Part shown: piece after piece, positions 8,214 to 17,489 of the stretch
Numbering within the stretch: the first letter of the stretch is position 1
Layout of the letters: the number at the start of each line of letters is the position of its first letter
From: an uncultured Verrucomicrobiae bacterium
GTDB taxonomy: Bacteria > Verrucomicrobiota > Verrucomicrobiia > Chthoniobacterales > Chthoniobacteraceae
DNA length: 27,667 bases
Direction of reading: 5' to 3'
Assembly (NCBI GenBank): GCA_963769025.1
Contig: CAVYKI010000011.1
Coordinates: 1 to 27,667, forward strand
Program-made: the position numbers and the translations under genes
Notes under the pieces: model-generated
Databases searched by the model: none
The model's input: only the letters and a program-made list of their open reading frames with translations
Told to the model about the DNA's origin: nothing

Positions 8214-11200
8214 GTGAAACACGCAGCCGCCCTTCTTCTTTTCCTCGCAACCCTCCCCTCACTCCCTGCCGTCGCAGATGGCCCGAATTACCGCGACCTG
8301 GTGATCGCCGACAGACCGGCATCGTACTGGCGCTTCGACACCATCGAGGAATGCTGCACGCCGAACGAGACGCACGAGGCGCTCCGCGCGAACGCAGGCA
8401 CGAATGTCTCGCTGCTCGAAATGGGCCCGAGGCCGCCGGCATTCAGCGCGTTTTCCGCGGAGAATACCGCGGCGGATTTCACCGGCTACGCGCGCGACAC
8501 GTATCTGCGCGTGAAGGATCCCGGGGCGCAGAGCGAGTTCGACTTTGAAAATGGCGACACGATCACGATCGAGGCGTGGGTGCAGTGCCAGGAGATCGCA
8601 GAGGGGCGGAATGTGTACATCGTCGGCAAGGGCCGCACGGGATTGCCGGGCACTGCGCGCGACAACCAGAACTGGGCGCTCCGGCTGCGCGGGCAGGCGG
8701 GGGTGGCGTGCCCGAGTTTCGTCTTTCACGACCGCGAAAACGAGGGAGAGAAAGGCTGGCACCGCTGGACGACCGTCAGCGGGATCGTGCCGGGGAAGGA
8801 ATGGCATCACGTTGTGGTGAGCTACAAATTTGGCGAACCGGAAAGCATCCGGGGCTACGTGAACGGCGAGGAAGTCAAAGGCGCATGGGACATGGGCGGA
8901 GCGAGCGCGGCCGCGCCGATGGTGGACAACGACGAGGTGTGGATCGGCGGTTCGATGGGCGGCGCACCCCAGGCGCAATTTCCGGGTCGCATCGACGAAC
9001 TCGCCATCTACCGCACGGCTCTGTCGCAGGAGCGAATCAGGATCCACGCCGCCCGCGAAGGCGTCGTCCCCGGCCTGCGCGCCGCGCCCGTGGCGAAGAC
9101 CGCACCCGGTGCAAAGCCTGCACCGAAGGGCGAGGCGCTGCCACTGCCGCCCGCGATCATCGCGGCGGAGGAATTGCCGAAGGGCAAGGTGCGCGTGCAG
9201 GTGTTCGAGTTTCCGAAGCCGGCGGAGCAGGAGTCCGGCTGGGCGTCGAATGATTCGCCGAAAAAGAAGGCGGAATCCGCCGACTTGGACGAGTCGTGGT
9301 CGGTGCTGCCGGAAATCCGGACGGATGAATTCACGGAGCAGGTGTTCGCATTTGCGGACGTCACCAACAAATACAACGAGCGCGGCGTGAAGGTGGATCG
9401 CTCGGCGCCCTACCTCATCCGCGCCGCCGGGGTCGTGCGCCTCCCCGCGGGCGAATACACCCTGCATCTGCGCGCGCTCACCGGTGCGCGTGTGGCCTTC
9501 GATGGAAAAATCGTCGCCGACACGCCGCTGAAAAAGGGCAAGGGCGGCGATCTGGAGGCCGTACCGGACATGGCGAAGCTGCAGCTCGTGGAATCGATGC
9601 CGCCGCTGCTGCCCGGTCACAAGGAAGTGCAGGGCCGGCTGAGCAGCGACGGCCAGCCGCACGTGCTGCTGATCGAATGCCTCGTGGGCGGAAAAGGCAT
9701 CCGCCCGGAAATCGGCGAGCTGTTCGCCGCCGTGACAAAGGACGGCAAGGCATTCGCACTGCTGGCGCCCGAAGGTGCGGAGCGCACCGCGCCGGGACTC
9801 ACGACGGGCGAATGGCAGAAATTCACTGGGGAGCAGCGTGCGCGGATCGAGACACTCAATGCGGAGCGCCGCCGGAATCCGGCGGAGGAGGCGTACTGGA
9901 AGCAACGCCACGATCTCGCGCGACAGAACGCGAAGCCCGCGCCCGCGGTGCCATCGGCCGCAGCCGGTGCATCCATATTCAACGACGTGGATCGCTTCAT
10001 CGCCGCGAAGCTGGCGAAGGCCGGCACGAAGCCCGCGCCGCTGTGCGACGACGCTTCGTTTCTCCGCCGCGCGACGCTCGACATCACGGGCGTGATTCCC
10101 ACCGAGCAGGAGGCCGCCGCTTTCCTCGCCGACAGCTCCCGCGACAAGCGTGCGAAGGCCATCGACCGACTGCTCGCAAGCCCCGGCTGGGCAGAGCACT
10201 GGACGAGCTACTGGCAGGACGTGCTCGCCGAGAATCCGAACATCCTCAAAGGCACGCTGAACAACACCGGGCCGTTCCGCTGGTGGATCCGCGAGGCGCT
10301 GCTGGACAACAAGCCGATGGACCGTTTTGCGACCGAGCTGATCACCATGGAAGGCAGCGCGAGCTACGGTGGTCCCGCAGGCTTTGCGGTCGCCTCGCAG
10401 AACGACCTCCCGATGGCGGCGAAGGCGCAGATCGTCTCGAGCGCATTCCTCGCGAACGAGATGAAATGCGCGCGCTGCCACGACGCGCCGAACCATCCCT
10501 TCGAGCAGGGCGACCTTTTCAAGATGGCCGCGATGCTCCAGCGCGCGCCGCTGAAGGTCCCCGCGTCCTCGCTCACCCAAGGCCTCGCCGCGAACAGCCA
10601 CGTGACCGTCACGCTCAAACCCGGACAGACGATCGATCCGCACTTCCCATTCTCGACTCCCGGGGAGCCGCTCGCGGGAGTCCTGCGGCGGCAAGGCGAC
10701 AGCCGCGAGAGCCTCGCGGCAATCCTCACCGACCCGCGCGATGACCGCTTCGCGCAGGTCGTCGTGAACCGGCTGTGGAGGCAGTTCCTCGGCTTCGGCA
10801 TCGTCGAGCCGGTGGACGACTGGAGTACTTCGCTCGCCTCGCATCCCGACCTGCTGAAGTGGCTCGCCCACGAACTCATCACGCACGACTACGACACGAA
10901 GCACCTCGCGCGGCTCATCCTGAACAGCCACACCTACCAGCGGGTGCCGCAGCCTTCCGCGATGCGGCAGGTGACGAGCAGTGAGCGCCTTTTCGAATCC
11001 CCTGCCCGCCGCCGCATGACTGCGGAGCAGCTCGTGGACAGCCTTTTTGCCGTGACCGGCCTGCCGATGGACTCCGAGCAGCTCAGCTTTGACCCTGAGG
11101 GACGCCAGTCTCCGAAGGATCACAACAACCTCGGCACGCCGCGACGCGCGTGGGAACTCACCTCGCTGAGCAACGAGCGCGATCGGCCCGCGCTCGCCAA

Positions 11201-11726
11201 ACCGCGCGCGCAGGTGATCGCGGATGTGCTCGCCGCATTCGGCTGGCGTGAAAGCCGCCCCGAGCCGCGCAGCACGCGCGACCATGATGCCAACGTCCTC
11301 CAGCCCGCGACGCTCGCGAACAGCACGATCAGCAACCGCCTCACGCGTCTCAGCGACGAGCACGCGTTCACCGCGCTCGCGCTCGAGGACCAGCCGGTCG
11401 CGCAACTCGTTGAACGGATGTTCCTGCGCCTCCTGTCGCGTCCGCCGACTCCCGCCGAGACCGCAAAGTTTTCCGCGATCCTCGCGCCTGACTTTGCCAA
11501 GCGCCGCACCGGCGCTGCGCCCGCGCCTCCGCGCCCGCCGTTCACGATGGGCGTTTCGTGGGCGAATCACCTCAACCCCGACGCCAGCACCGCCGTGCTC
11601 GCCGTCGAACGTGTCATCAAGGCCGGCCCCACGCCCTCGCCGCAGCTCGCGAGCGACTGGCGCGACCGCATGGAAGACGCGATCTGGGCGCTCATGCTTT
11701 CACCAGAATTCACCTACATCCCATGA
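8214..11726 (+). CDS. Large secreted LamG/concanavalin-like + DUF1549 + DUF1553 (PSCyt2/PSD1-type) protein
   Basis: Signal peptide (VKHAAALLLFLATL), LamG motifs (YWRFD, TIEAWV, WHHVVVSY, F.GRIDELAIY), DUF1549 (DRFI.AKL..., D.SFLRRATLDITG.IP, W.DVL), CARCH CxxCH motif, DUF1553 (FAQVVVNRLWRQFLG.GIVEPVDD...HPDLL.WLA, RRMTAEQLVDS), C-terminal WALMLSPEF. Confidence 0.9.
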   Translation: MKHAAALLLFLATLPSLPAVADGPNYRDLVIADRPASYWRFDTIEECCTPNETHEALRANAGTNVSLLEMGPRPPAFSAFSAENTAADFTGYARDTYLRVKDPGAQSEFDFENGDTITIEAWVQCQEIAEGRNVYIVGKGRTGLPGTARDNQNWALRLRGQAGVACPSFVFHDRENEGEKGWHRWTTVSGIVPGKEWHHVVVSYKFGEPESIRGYVNGEEVKGAWDMGGASAAAPMVDNDEVWIGGSMGGAPQAQFPGRIDELAIYRTALSQERIRIHAAREGVVPGLRAAPVAKTAPGAKPAPKGEALPLPPAIIAAEELPKGKVRVQVFEFPKPAEQESGWASNDSPKKKAESADLDESWSVLPEIRTDEFTEQVFAFADVTNKYNERGVKVDRSAPYLIRAAGVVRLPAGEYTLHLRALTGARVAFDGKIVADTPLKKGKGGDLEAVPDMAKLQLVESMPPLLPGHKEVQGRLSSDGQPHVLLIECLVGGKGIRPEIGELFAAVTKDGKAFALLAPEGAERTAPGLTTGEWQKFTGEQRARIETLNAERRRNPAEEAYWKQRHDLARQNAKPAPAVPSAAAGASIFNDVDRFIAAKLAKAGTKPAPLCDDASFLRRATLDITGVIPTEQEAAAFLADSSRDKRAKAIDRLLASPGWAEHWTSYWQDVLAENPNILKGTLNNTGPFRWWIREALLDNKPMDRFATELITMEGSASYGGPAGFAVASQNDLPMAAKAQIVSSAFLANEMKCARCHDAPNHPFEQGDLFKMAAMLQRAPLKVPASSLTQGLAANSHVTVTLKPGQTIDPHFPFSTPGEPLAGVLRRQGDSRESLAAILTDPRDDRFAQVVVNRLWRQFLGFGIVEPVDDWSTSLASHPDLLKWLAHELITHDYDTKHLARLILNSHTYQRVPQPSAMRQVTSSERLFESPARRRMTAEQLVDSLFAVTGLPMDSEQLSFDPEGRQSPKDHNNLGTPRRAWELTSLSNERDRPALAKPRAQVIADVLAAFGWRESRPEPRSTRDHDANVLQPATLANSTISNRLTRLSDEHAFTALALEDQPVAQLVERMFLRLLSRPPTPAETAKFSAILAPDFAKRRTGAAPAPPRPPFTMGVSWANHLNPDASTAVLAVERVIKAGPTPSPQLASDWRDRMEDAIWALMLSPEFTYIP

Positions 11727-13009
11727 AACTCTCCAGACGTCAGTTCCTCGCACACTCCGCGCTCGCCGCCGGTGCCGCATCATTGCGCGCCCCACTTTTT
11801 GCGGAGGACAAAAAGACACCGCTCGGCAAAGCAGAGCACTGCCTGTTCATCTGGCTCGGCGGCGGAATGTCGCAACTCGACACCTTCGACGCGAAGACCA
11901 CCAAGGGCGACGGAGTGAAGACGCCCGGCTGCTACTACGACACGATCGAAACCGCGATTCCCGGCGTGCGTTTCTGCGAGCACCTGCCGCGGCTCGCGAA
12001 GATGGCGGATCGGCTCGTACCCGTCCGTTCGGTAAACCACACGGTGATCGACGAACACGCCGCTGCGGTGAACCGCATGCACACGGGCCGCCCGGTGAGC
12101 GGCAGCGTCGTGTATCCGAGCATCGGCAGCATCATCGCGCACCAGCGCCGCGGGGCGGATGAAGGCGTGCCGCCCTACGTGCTCATCGGCTACCCGAGCG
12201 CCACGCGCGGCCCCGGCTTCCTCGGACCGAAGGCAGGCTACGTCTATCTCACGGACACGGCCGCGGGTCCCGCCGGCCTTACGCGGATGCCTGGCATCTC
12301 CGACGACCGGCAGAAGCGCCGCGAATCGCTGCTCGCGTCGCTGCGAAGCGACTACGTGGGCCGCAACCCCGGCGACAAAATCGTCCAGGACTACGACGAC
12401 GCGATTGGCGAGGTCTTCAAGCTGCAGGGCGGGGACTTCATGAAGGCGTTCGATCTCGGCAGCGAAGCGGGCTCGCTCCGGGAGACCTACGGCGATGAAT
12501 TCGGCCAGCGCTGCCTGCTCGGCAGGCGGCTCATCCAGCGCGGCGTCCGTTTTGTTGAGGTGGGATTCAACCTGAACTTCGTCAACGGTGCGGGCTGGGA
12601 CACACACAACGCCGCCCAGAAGCAGCAGCACGCGCTCATTCAGCGGCTCGACCAGGGAGTCGCCGCGCTGATCGCCGATCTCGAGGCTCACCGCCTTCTC
12701 GAAAAGACCATCGTGGTCATCGCCACGGAGTTCGGACGTCCCGCCTCATTCGACGCGGGCGGCGGCCGCGGTCATTACGGGAAATGTTTCACCAGTGTCC
12801 TCGCCGGCGGCGGACTCCGAACCGGACAGGCCATCGGAACCACCGACGAACTCGCCATGAACATCGTCGATGAACCGGTCGGCGTCCCTGACCTCTTCGC
12901 CACGATTTTCGCCGCGATGGGAATCAACCCCGCGAAGAACCTCATGATCGACGAACGCCCCGTGCCGATCACGGACAACGGCAAGGCCATCGCGAAGCTC
13001 TTTGCTTAG
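11723..13009 (+). CDS. DUF1501 family protein with twin-arginine leader
   Basis: SRRQFL Tat motif, IWLGGGMSQLDTFD, YPSIGS, FGQRCLLGRRLIQRGVRFVEV, WDTH, TEFGR, LAGGG. ATGA overlap with the upstream gene. Confidence 0.92.
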   Translation: MKLSRRQFLAHSALAAGAASLRAPLFAEDKKTPLGKAEHCLFIWLGGGMSQLDTFDAKTTKGDGVKTPGCYYDTIETAIPGVRFCEHLPRLAKMADRLVPVRSVNHTVIDEHAAAVNRMHTGRPVSGSVVYPSIGSIIAHQRRGADEGVPPYVLIGYPSATRGPGFLGPKAGYVYLTDTAAGPAGLTRMPGISDDRQKRRESLLASLRSDYVGRNPGDKIVQDYDDAIGEVFKLQGGDFMKAFDLGSEAGSLRETYGDEFGQRCLLGRRLIQRGVRFVEVGFNLNFVNGAGWDTHNAAQKQQHALIQRLDQGVAALIADLEAHRLLEKTIVVIATEFGRPASFDAGGGRGHYGKCFTSVLAGGGLRTGQAIGTTDELAMNIVDEPVGVPDLFATIFAAMGINPAKNLMIDERPVPITDNGKAIAKLFA

Positions 13010-13064
13010 GCGGCTTTCGGAAATGCGGCGTGCGGAGCACGTCACGGACACGTAGGTTTCACCG

Positions 13065-14063
13065 ATGCTCGATCGTCTCCAGCGACCGCTTCGCGACTTG
13101 CGCCTGTCCGTCACGGACCGGTGCAATTTCCGCTGCGGCTACTGCATGCCGAAGGAAGTCTTCGGTCGCGGCTACGATTTCCTGTCAAAGGATCGCATCC
13201 TGTCCTTCGAGGAGCTGACGCGCATCAGCCGCGTCTTCGTCGGACTCGGCGTGGAAAAAATCCGCCTCACCGGAGGCGAGCCGACGATGCGGCGGGACAT
13301 CGAACGCCTCGTCGCGCAACTCGCGGCAATCGACGGCTTGCGCGACCTGACGCTCACGACCAACGGCTCGTTGCTCGTGGAAAAGGCGGACGCGCTTCGC
13401 TCGGCGGGCCTGCGCAGACTGACGGTGAGCCTCGACTCGATCCGCGAGACGACCTTCGCCGCGATGAACGACATGAATTTTCCGCTGAGCCGAGTGCTCG
13501 CCGGAATCGATGCCGCGCTTGCAGCGGGCTTCTCGCCGATCAAGCTCAACATGGTCGTGAAGCGCGGCGTGAACGAAACGGAGGTCGCGGAAATGGCGCG
13601 GCGCTTCGCGGGGCCGGATTTCATCGTCCGGTTCATCGAATACATGGACGTGGGCAACAGCAATGGCTGGCGGATGGCCGATGTCGTCCCGGCCTCGGAA
13701 ATCATCGAACGCGTCGGCGCGGAACTGCCGCTGACGGCTCTGCCGCGGAACTACCCCGGCGAGACGGCGCTGCGCTACCGGCTCCCGAATGGCGGCGAAA
13801 TCGGCGTCATCGCATCGGTCACCCAGCCTTTTTGCGGCGACTGCACACGCGCGCGGCTGACTGCGGACGGGACGCTTTTCACGTGCCTGTTTGCCTCGCA
13901 TGGCGTCCCGCTGCTGGACGTGCTGCGGGCCGGAGCGTCCGACGCCGAGCTGCGGGAAAAGGTCAGCGGCGTGTGGAAATTGCGCGGAGACCGGTACTCG
14001 GAAATTCGCTCATCGGAGACCGAACGCGCGCCGAAGGTGGAGATGTCGCGGGTCGGCGGCTAG
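13065..14063 (+). CDS. moaA: GTP 3',8-cyclase (radical SAM)
   Basis: LRLSVTDRCNFRCGYCMP, RLTGGEP, TTNG, FIEYMDVG, FCGDCTRARL...CLF, C-terminal MSRVGG. Confidence 0.97.
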   Translation: MLDRLQRPLRDLRLSVTDRCNFRCGYCMPKEVFGRGYDFLSKDRILSFEELTRISRVFVGLGVEKIRLTGGEPTMRRDIERLVAQLAAIDGLRDLTLTTNGSLLVEKADALRSAGLRRLTVSLDSIRETTFAAMNDMNFPLSRVLAGIDAALAAGFSPIKLNMVVKRGVNETEVAEMARRFAGPDFIVRFIEYMDVGNSNGWRMADVVPASEIIERVGAELPLTALPRNYPGETALRYRLPNGGEIGVIASVTQPFCGDCTRARLTADGTLFTCLFASHGVPLLDVLRAGASDAELREKVSGVWKLRGDRYSEIRSSETERAPKVEMSRVGG

Positions 14064-14072
14064 CCGACCGGA

Positions 14073-14570
14073 TCATTCGGCCGGGCGGAGCGTCGGGCGC
14101 GGATGACCGAGGTGATCGAGGCACTCGATGATCGCGCGCAGCAGGAGCGGCAGGCATTCGCCGATGGCGCGCGGGTTGCCGGGCAGATTGACGATGAGCG
14201 AGGTCCCTCGCGTGCCGGCGGTGGAGCGGCTGAGGATGCTCGTCGGCACCTTTGCAAATGATTGGACGCGCATGATCTCGCCGAAGCCGGGAAGCTCGCG
14301 CTCCAGCACCGCGTAAGTGGCCTCCGGGGTCACGTCGCGGGGGGACGGACCAGTGCCGCCGGTCGTCACCACGAGCGCGCAGCGTTCGTCATCGCAGGCC
14401 TGGCGCAACGCGGATTCGATCTGCGCGCGCTCGTCGGGGATGAGAACGCGGAGCCATTCGACCTCCTCCGCGATGGAAGCTGCAAAAAACTGCTCGATGG
14501 CCGGGCCGCTCCGGTCCTCGTAAACTCCCGCGCTCGCCCGGTCGCTCAACGTGATCCGGGCGAACTTCAT
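14073..14570 (-). CDS. mog: Molybdopterin adenylyltransferase
   Basis: ITLSDRASAGVYEDRSG, IPDE, TTGGTGPSPRDVTPEAT, PGFGEIMR, LSRSTAG, NLPGNP. Start overlaps the moaC stop. Confidence 0.93.
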   Translation of the reverse strand: MKFARITLSDRASAGVYEDRSGPAIEQFFAASIAEEVEWLRVLIPDERAQIESALRQACDDERCALVVTTGGTGPSPRDVTPEATYAVLERELPGFGEIMRVQSFAKVPTSILSRSTAGTRGTSLIVNLPGNPRAIGECLPLLLRAIIECLDHLGHPRPTLRPAE

Positions 14571-15022
14571 TCCTTCACCTTCTCGGTCACGCGGATTTCG
14601 CCGATGCTCATCGTTTTGTCCACGGCCTTGCACATGTCGTAGATGGTGAGCGTGGCGATGCTCACCGCGGTGAGGGCCTCCATCTCGACGCCCGTCTTCG
14701 CCGTCGTGCGCGCCGTGACTTCCACGCGGATGGCATTTGCGAGCACGTCAAATTTCACCTCCACCGAATCCAGCGGAAGTGAGTGGCAGAGCGGGATCAA
14801 TTCATCGCAGCGCTTTGCCGCCTGGATCGCGGCGATCTTTGCGACGGCGAGCACATCGCCTTTTGGCAGCGCCTTCTTGCGCAACGCGCGGACGGTCGAG
14901 GCGGCGCAATGGACAAATCCCTCCGCGGTGGCGGTGCGCCGCTGCACTGCCTTGGCTCCGATGTCCACCATGCGGGCGGCGCCGGCCGGATCGAGATGGC
15001 TGAAGGTTTTCTTCGTTGGCAT
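14567..15022 (-). CDS. moaC: Cyclic pyranopterin monophosphate synthase
   Basis: FSHLD..G.ARMVD, KGDVL.VAKIA.I.AAK, LIPLCH, TGVEMEALT, TIYDMCKAVD. Confidence 0.97.
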   Translation of the reverse strand: MPTKKTFSHLDPAGAARMVDIGAKAVQRRTATAEGFVHCAASTVRALRKKALPKGDVLAVAKIAAIQAAKRCDELIPLCHSLPLDSVEVKFDVLANAIRVEVTARTTAKTGVEMEALTAVSIATLTIYDMCKAVDKTMSIGEIRVTEKVKE

Positions 15023-15064
15023 TGCGGAGAGATCGCCTTTGACGCGGGAAAAAGCGAGCGCGGC

Positions 15065-16261
15065 CTACGCGATCGCCGCGCGGATCAGTCGTGCGGAAAC
15101 TTTTCCTCCCGGCGGAATCTCCGGGCTGTTTGAGGGAACGCAGATGAGGGCATCGAAGCCGGCAAGGCCCGTGAGGTCGCCCGAGCTTTGCCATTTCAAC
15201 GGCATGAATGACGGCCCCCCGCCCTCCCATGACAGGCGGGCGGGACACCACGTTTCGCGCGCGTGGCCGCGGAGCGGTTTGGTGCCGCCGAGCGCGGCTG
15301 TCGCGAGGCCGAACTCCGCGCAACCGGCCGTGAGCATGTCGAAGGCGGCGCGAATCACGACGTGCCAGCAGACGATGTGCGAAAGCGGATTGCCCGGGAT
15401 GACGAAGGCCAGCTGCCTTCCGCGCGTCGCGAAGATGAGCGGCTTGCCGGGCCGGAGATTGAGCTGCTGAAAGTGGACGTCGAAGCCGATCGCCTCGATC
15501 GCCTTCAGGCCGAGATCGTGGTCGCCGACGCTCGCGCCGCCGGAGAGCAGGAGCACATCCCAGCCATCCGGCGCTGCCGATTGGAGCGTGGACATCAGCG
15601 TCGCGAAGTCGTCGCCCGCACGATGCTGCGCCACGATTTCCCCGCCGGCCTCGGCGGTGAGCGCGGCGACGAGCGTCGAATTGCTGTCACGGATCTGCCC
15701 CGGCGCGGGCGAGGCATCCGGCGGCACAATCTCGCTGCCGGTGGCGACATGTACGATGCGCGGGCGCGGCGAAACGAGCGGGCTCACATTTCCGAGCTGC
15801 GCAAAAAGCGAGAGCTCCGGCGCCCCGAGGCGCACGCCGCGATCGATGATCACGCTCCCGACGCGCGCATCCTCCCCGCGCAGGCGGATGTTCGTCGCGC
15901 CGTCGCGTTTTGAAAATGAAACGGAGGCACCCTCGCGCTGGGCGAGTTCCTGGATGACCACATGCGTCGTGCCCGCCGGGATCGCCGAGCCCGTGAATAC
16001 ACGCGCGCATTCGCCGGGGCCAATCTTGCGCTCCGAGACGGCGCCGGCCGGGATCTCGGCGACGATGGGAAAGGGACCGGTCCCGTCGCCATTCACGGCG
16101 TAGCCATCCATCGCCGAACGATCGAACGCCGGAATATCCTCGGTCGCCGCGAGCGTCTCGCGGAGCACTCGTCCGCGCGCGTCGGCGAGCGGCAGGCGCT
16201 CCGGTGCGAGGATGTGGACGTGCTCGGCAATGAGGGAGCGGGCTTCGGCGAGCGTGAGCAT
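15065..16261 (-). CDS. moeA: Molybdopterin molybdenumtransferase
   Basis: P.FDRSAMDGYA, RVFTG..IP.G, NIR.RGED, TGSE, GQIRDSN, SGGASVGDHD, PGKP, PGNP, SGDL. Start ATG 16261 (MLTLAEA). Confidence 0.94.
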   Translation of the reverse strand: MLTLAEARSLIAEHVHILAPERLPLADARGRVLRETLAATEDIPAFDRSAMDGYAVNGDGTGPFPIVAEIPAGAVSERKIGPGECARVFTGSAIPAGTTHVVIQELAQREGASVSFSKRDGATNIRLRGEDARVGSVIIDRGVRLGAPELSLFAQLGNVSPLVSPRPRIVHVATGSEIVPPDASPAPGQIRDSNSTLVAALTAEAGGEIVAQHRAGDDFATLMSTLQSAAPDGWDVLLLSGGASVGDHDLGLKAIEAIGFDVHFQQLNLRPGKPLIFATRGRQLAFVIPGNPLSHIVCWHVVIRAAFDMLTAGCAEFGLATAALGGTKPLRGHARETWCPARLSWEGGGPSFMPLKWQSSGDLTGLAGFDALICVPSNSPEIPPGGKVSARLIRAAIA

Positions 16262-16404
16262 GATCGGAAGCGACTTGTGCCGTGTCCGCGCTCCGCGGGC
16301 GAATGGAAATTCCGGCGACCAAGTCTGCGGACCCGCGGCGTGCCTGCAAAATTTCCGTCGAAGAGACGTTTTCAAAATGCGCGCGGGCGATACATTGGCG
16401 GCGC

Positions 16405-16641
16405 ATGATTTCCGTGAAACTCCTCGCATTTGCCCAGGCCGCCGACCGGCTCGGCTGGCGGGACATGCTGGTGGAATGCGCGCCCGGCGAAACGCCGCGG
16501 GAGATCATCGCTCGCATCGCACCGGGCTTTGATCCCGGAACGGTGCGCGTGGCGGTGAACTGCGAATACTCGACGTGGGATGATGCGGTGGGGCCGCTTG
16601 CGCAGGAGCTCGCGCTGCTGCCGCCGGTGAGCGGAGGCTGA
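16405..16641 (+). CDS. moaD: Molybdopterin synthase sulfur carrier subunit
   Basis: 78 aa, VKLLAFA, RVAVNCEY, C-terminal LLPPVSGG. Confidence 0.93.
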   Translation: MISVKLLAFAQAADRLGWRDMLVECAPGETPREIIARIAPGFDPGTVRVAVNCEYSTWDDAVGPLAQELALLPPVSGG

Positions 16642-16643
16642 CG

Positions 16644-17024
16644 ATGGACTGCGAGGTGCTTTTCACATCGGAGCCGATCCGCGCGGCGGAACGGACGCGG
16701 GCTTCGCGCGAGATCGGTGCGGTCGTGGAGTTTCACGGGATTGTCCGCGAGCTGGAGGGCGAGGGAAAAATCGCGGGGCTTTCCTACGAGGCTTACGAGC
16801 CGATGGCCCGGAGCGAGTTTGAGCGCATCTTCGCGCAGCTTTCCGCCAGCCATCCCGTCCGGTCCGTGCTCGTCATTCACCGGCTGGGCGATGTGCCGGT
16901 CGGCGAAGCGTCGCTGTTTGTGCGCGTGGAGGCGAAGCACCGCGGGCAGGCGCTGGCGTTTTGCGGGACGCTCATCGACCGGATGAAAGAGGACGTGCCG
17001 ATCTGGAAATCGCCGATGCGGTGA
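16644..17024 (+). CDS. moaE: Molybdopterin synthase catalytic subunit
   Basis: GAVVEFHGIVR, LSYEAYEPMA, HRLG.VPVGE, HR..A, D.MK..VPIWK. Confidence 0.95.
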   Translation: MDCEVLFTSEPIRAAERTRASREIGAVVEFHGIVRELEGEGKIAGLSYEAYEPMARSEFERIFAQLSASHPVRSVLVIHRLGDVPVGEASLFVRVEAKHRGQALAFCGTLIDRMKEDVPIWKSPMR

Positions 17025-17030
17025 GCTGCG

Positions 17031-17324
17031 TCACCGCTCGCGCAGCGAAGTGCGGCCTCCCCTCGCCTTCCGGAAGCGGTCGAACACCTCGTCGCAGCCG
17101 TCGGTCTTGAGCTGATGCACGATGCGGAGCAGTTCGCCGATGCGCCCGGCGGGCCAGCCCTTTTTCTGGAACCAGCAGAGGTATTCGACGGGGAGATCGA
17201 AAAGCGGCACGCCGTGCGGCGGGTAATGCTCCGGGCCGTATTTTCCGAAGGGCATGAAAGTCCCGGCGATGTCGCCGAGGTCGGCTGCCATCCAGTCGCG
17301 GAGATTGTCCTCAAAGGCGCTCAT
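17031..17324 (-). CDS. DUF3820 family protein
   Basis: MPFGKYG...LFDLPVEYLCWF..KGWP.GRIGELL...LK.DG pattern. Confidence 0.8.
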   Translation of the reverse strand: MSAFEDNLRDWMAADLGDIAGTFMPFGKYGPEHYPPHGVPLFDLPVEYLCWFQKKGWPAGRIGELLRIVHQLKTDGCDEVFDRFRKARGGRTSLRER

Positions 17325-17489
17325 GCGGATGCCGAGGCTAATGCGGCTGCGTTGCCGGGCGATGCGAAATGTGAGCCGCGGTGAACTGCCGGTGTTGGCG
17401 GCGGCGCTTCGCCCTGAGAATCTCCCCGGAGTGGCACTCATCTGGCTTGCTTCAGGGACAAAAGGACGTCCACTGCCCGAATAGTCTTC

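Noticed and set aside
8259..11570. 1103-aa minus-strand ORF
   Set aside because: Antisense shadow of the DUF1549/DUF1553 gene; Arg/Ala-rich with no motifs, as expected from GC-rich codon bias.
16262..16404. Moco riboswitch or ModE box between moeA and moaD
   Set aside because: No recognisable Moco-RNA structure or TATAT-N7-TAYAT box by eye (only a lone TACAT, better explained as a -10 element); needs cmscan to exclude fully.
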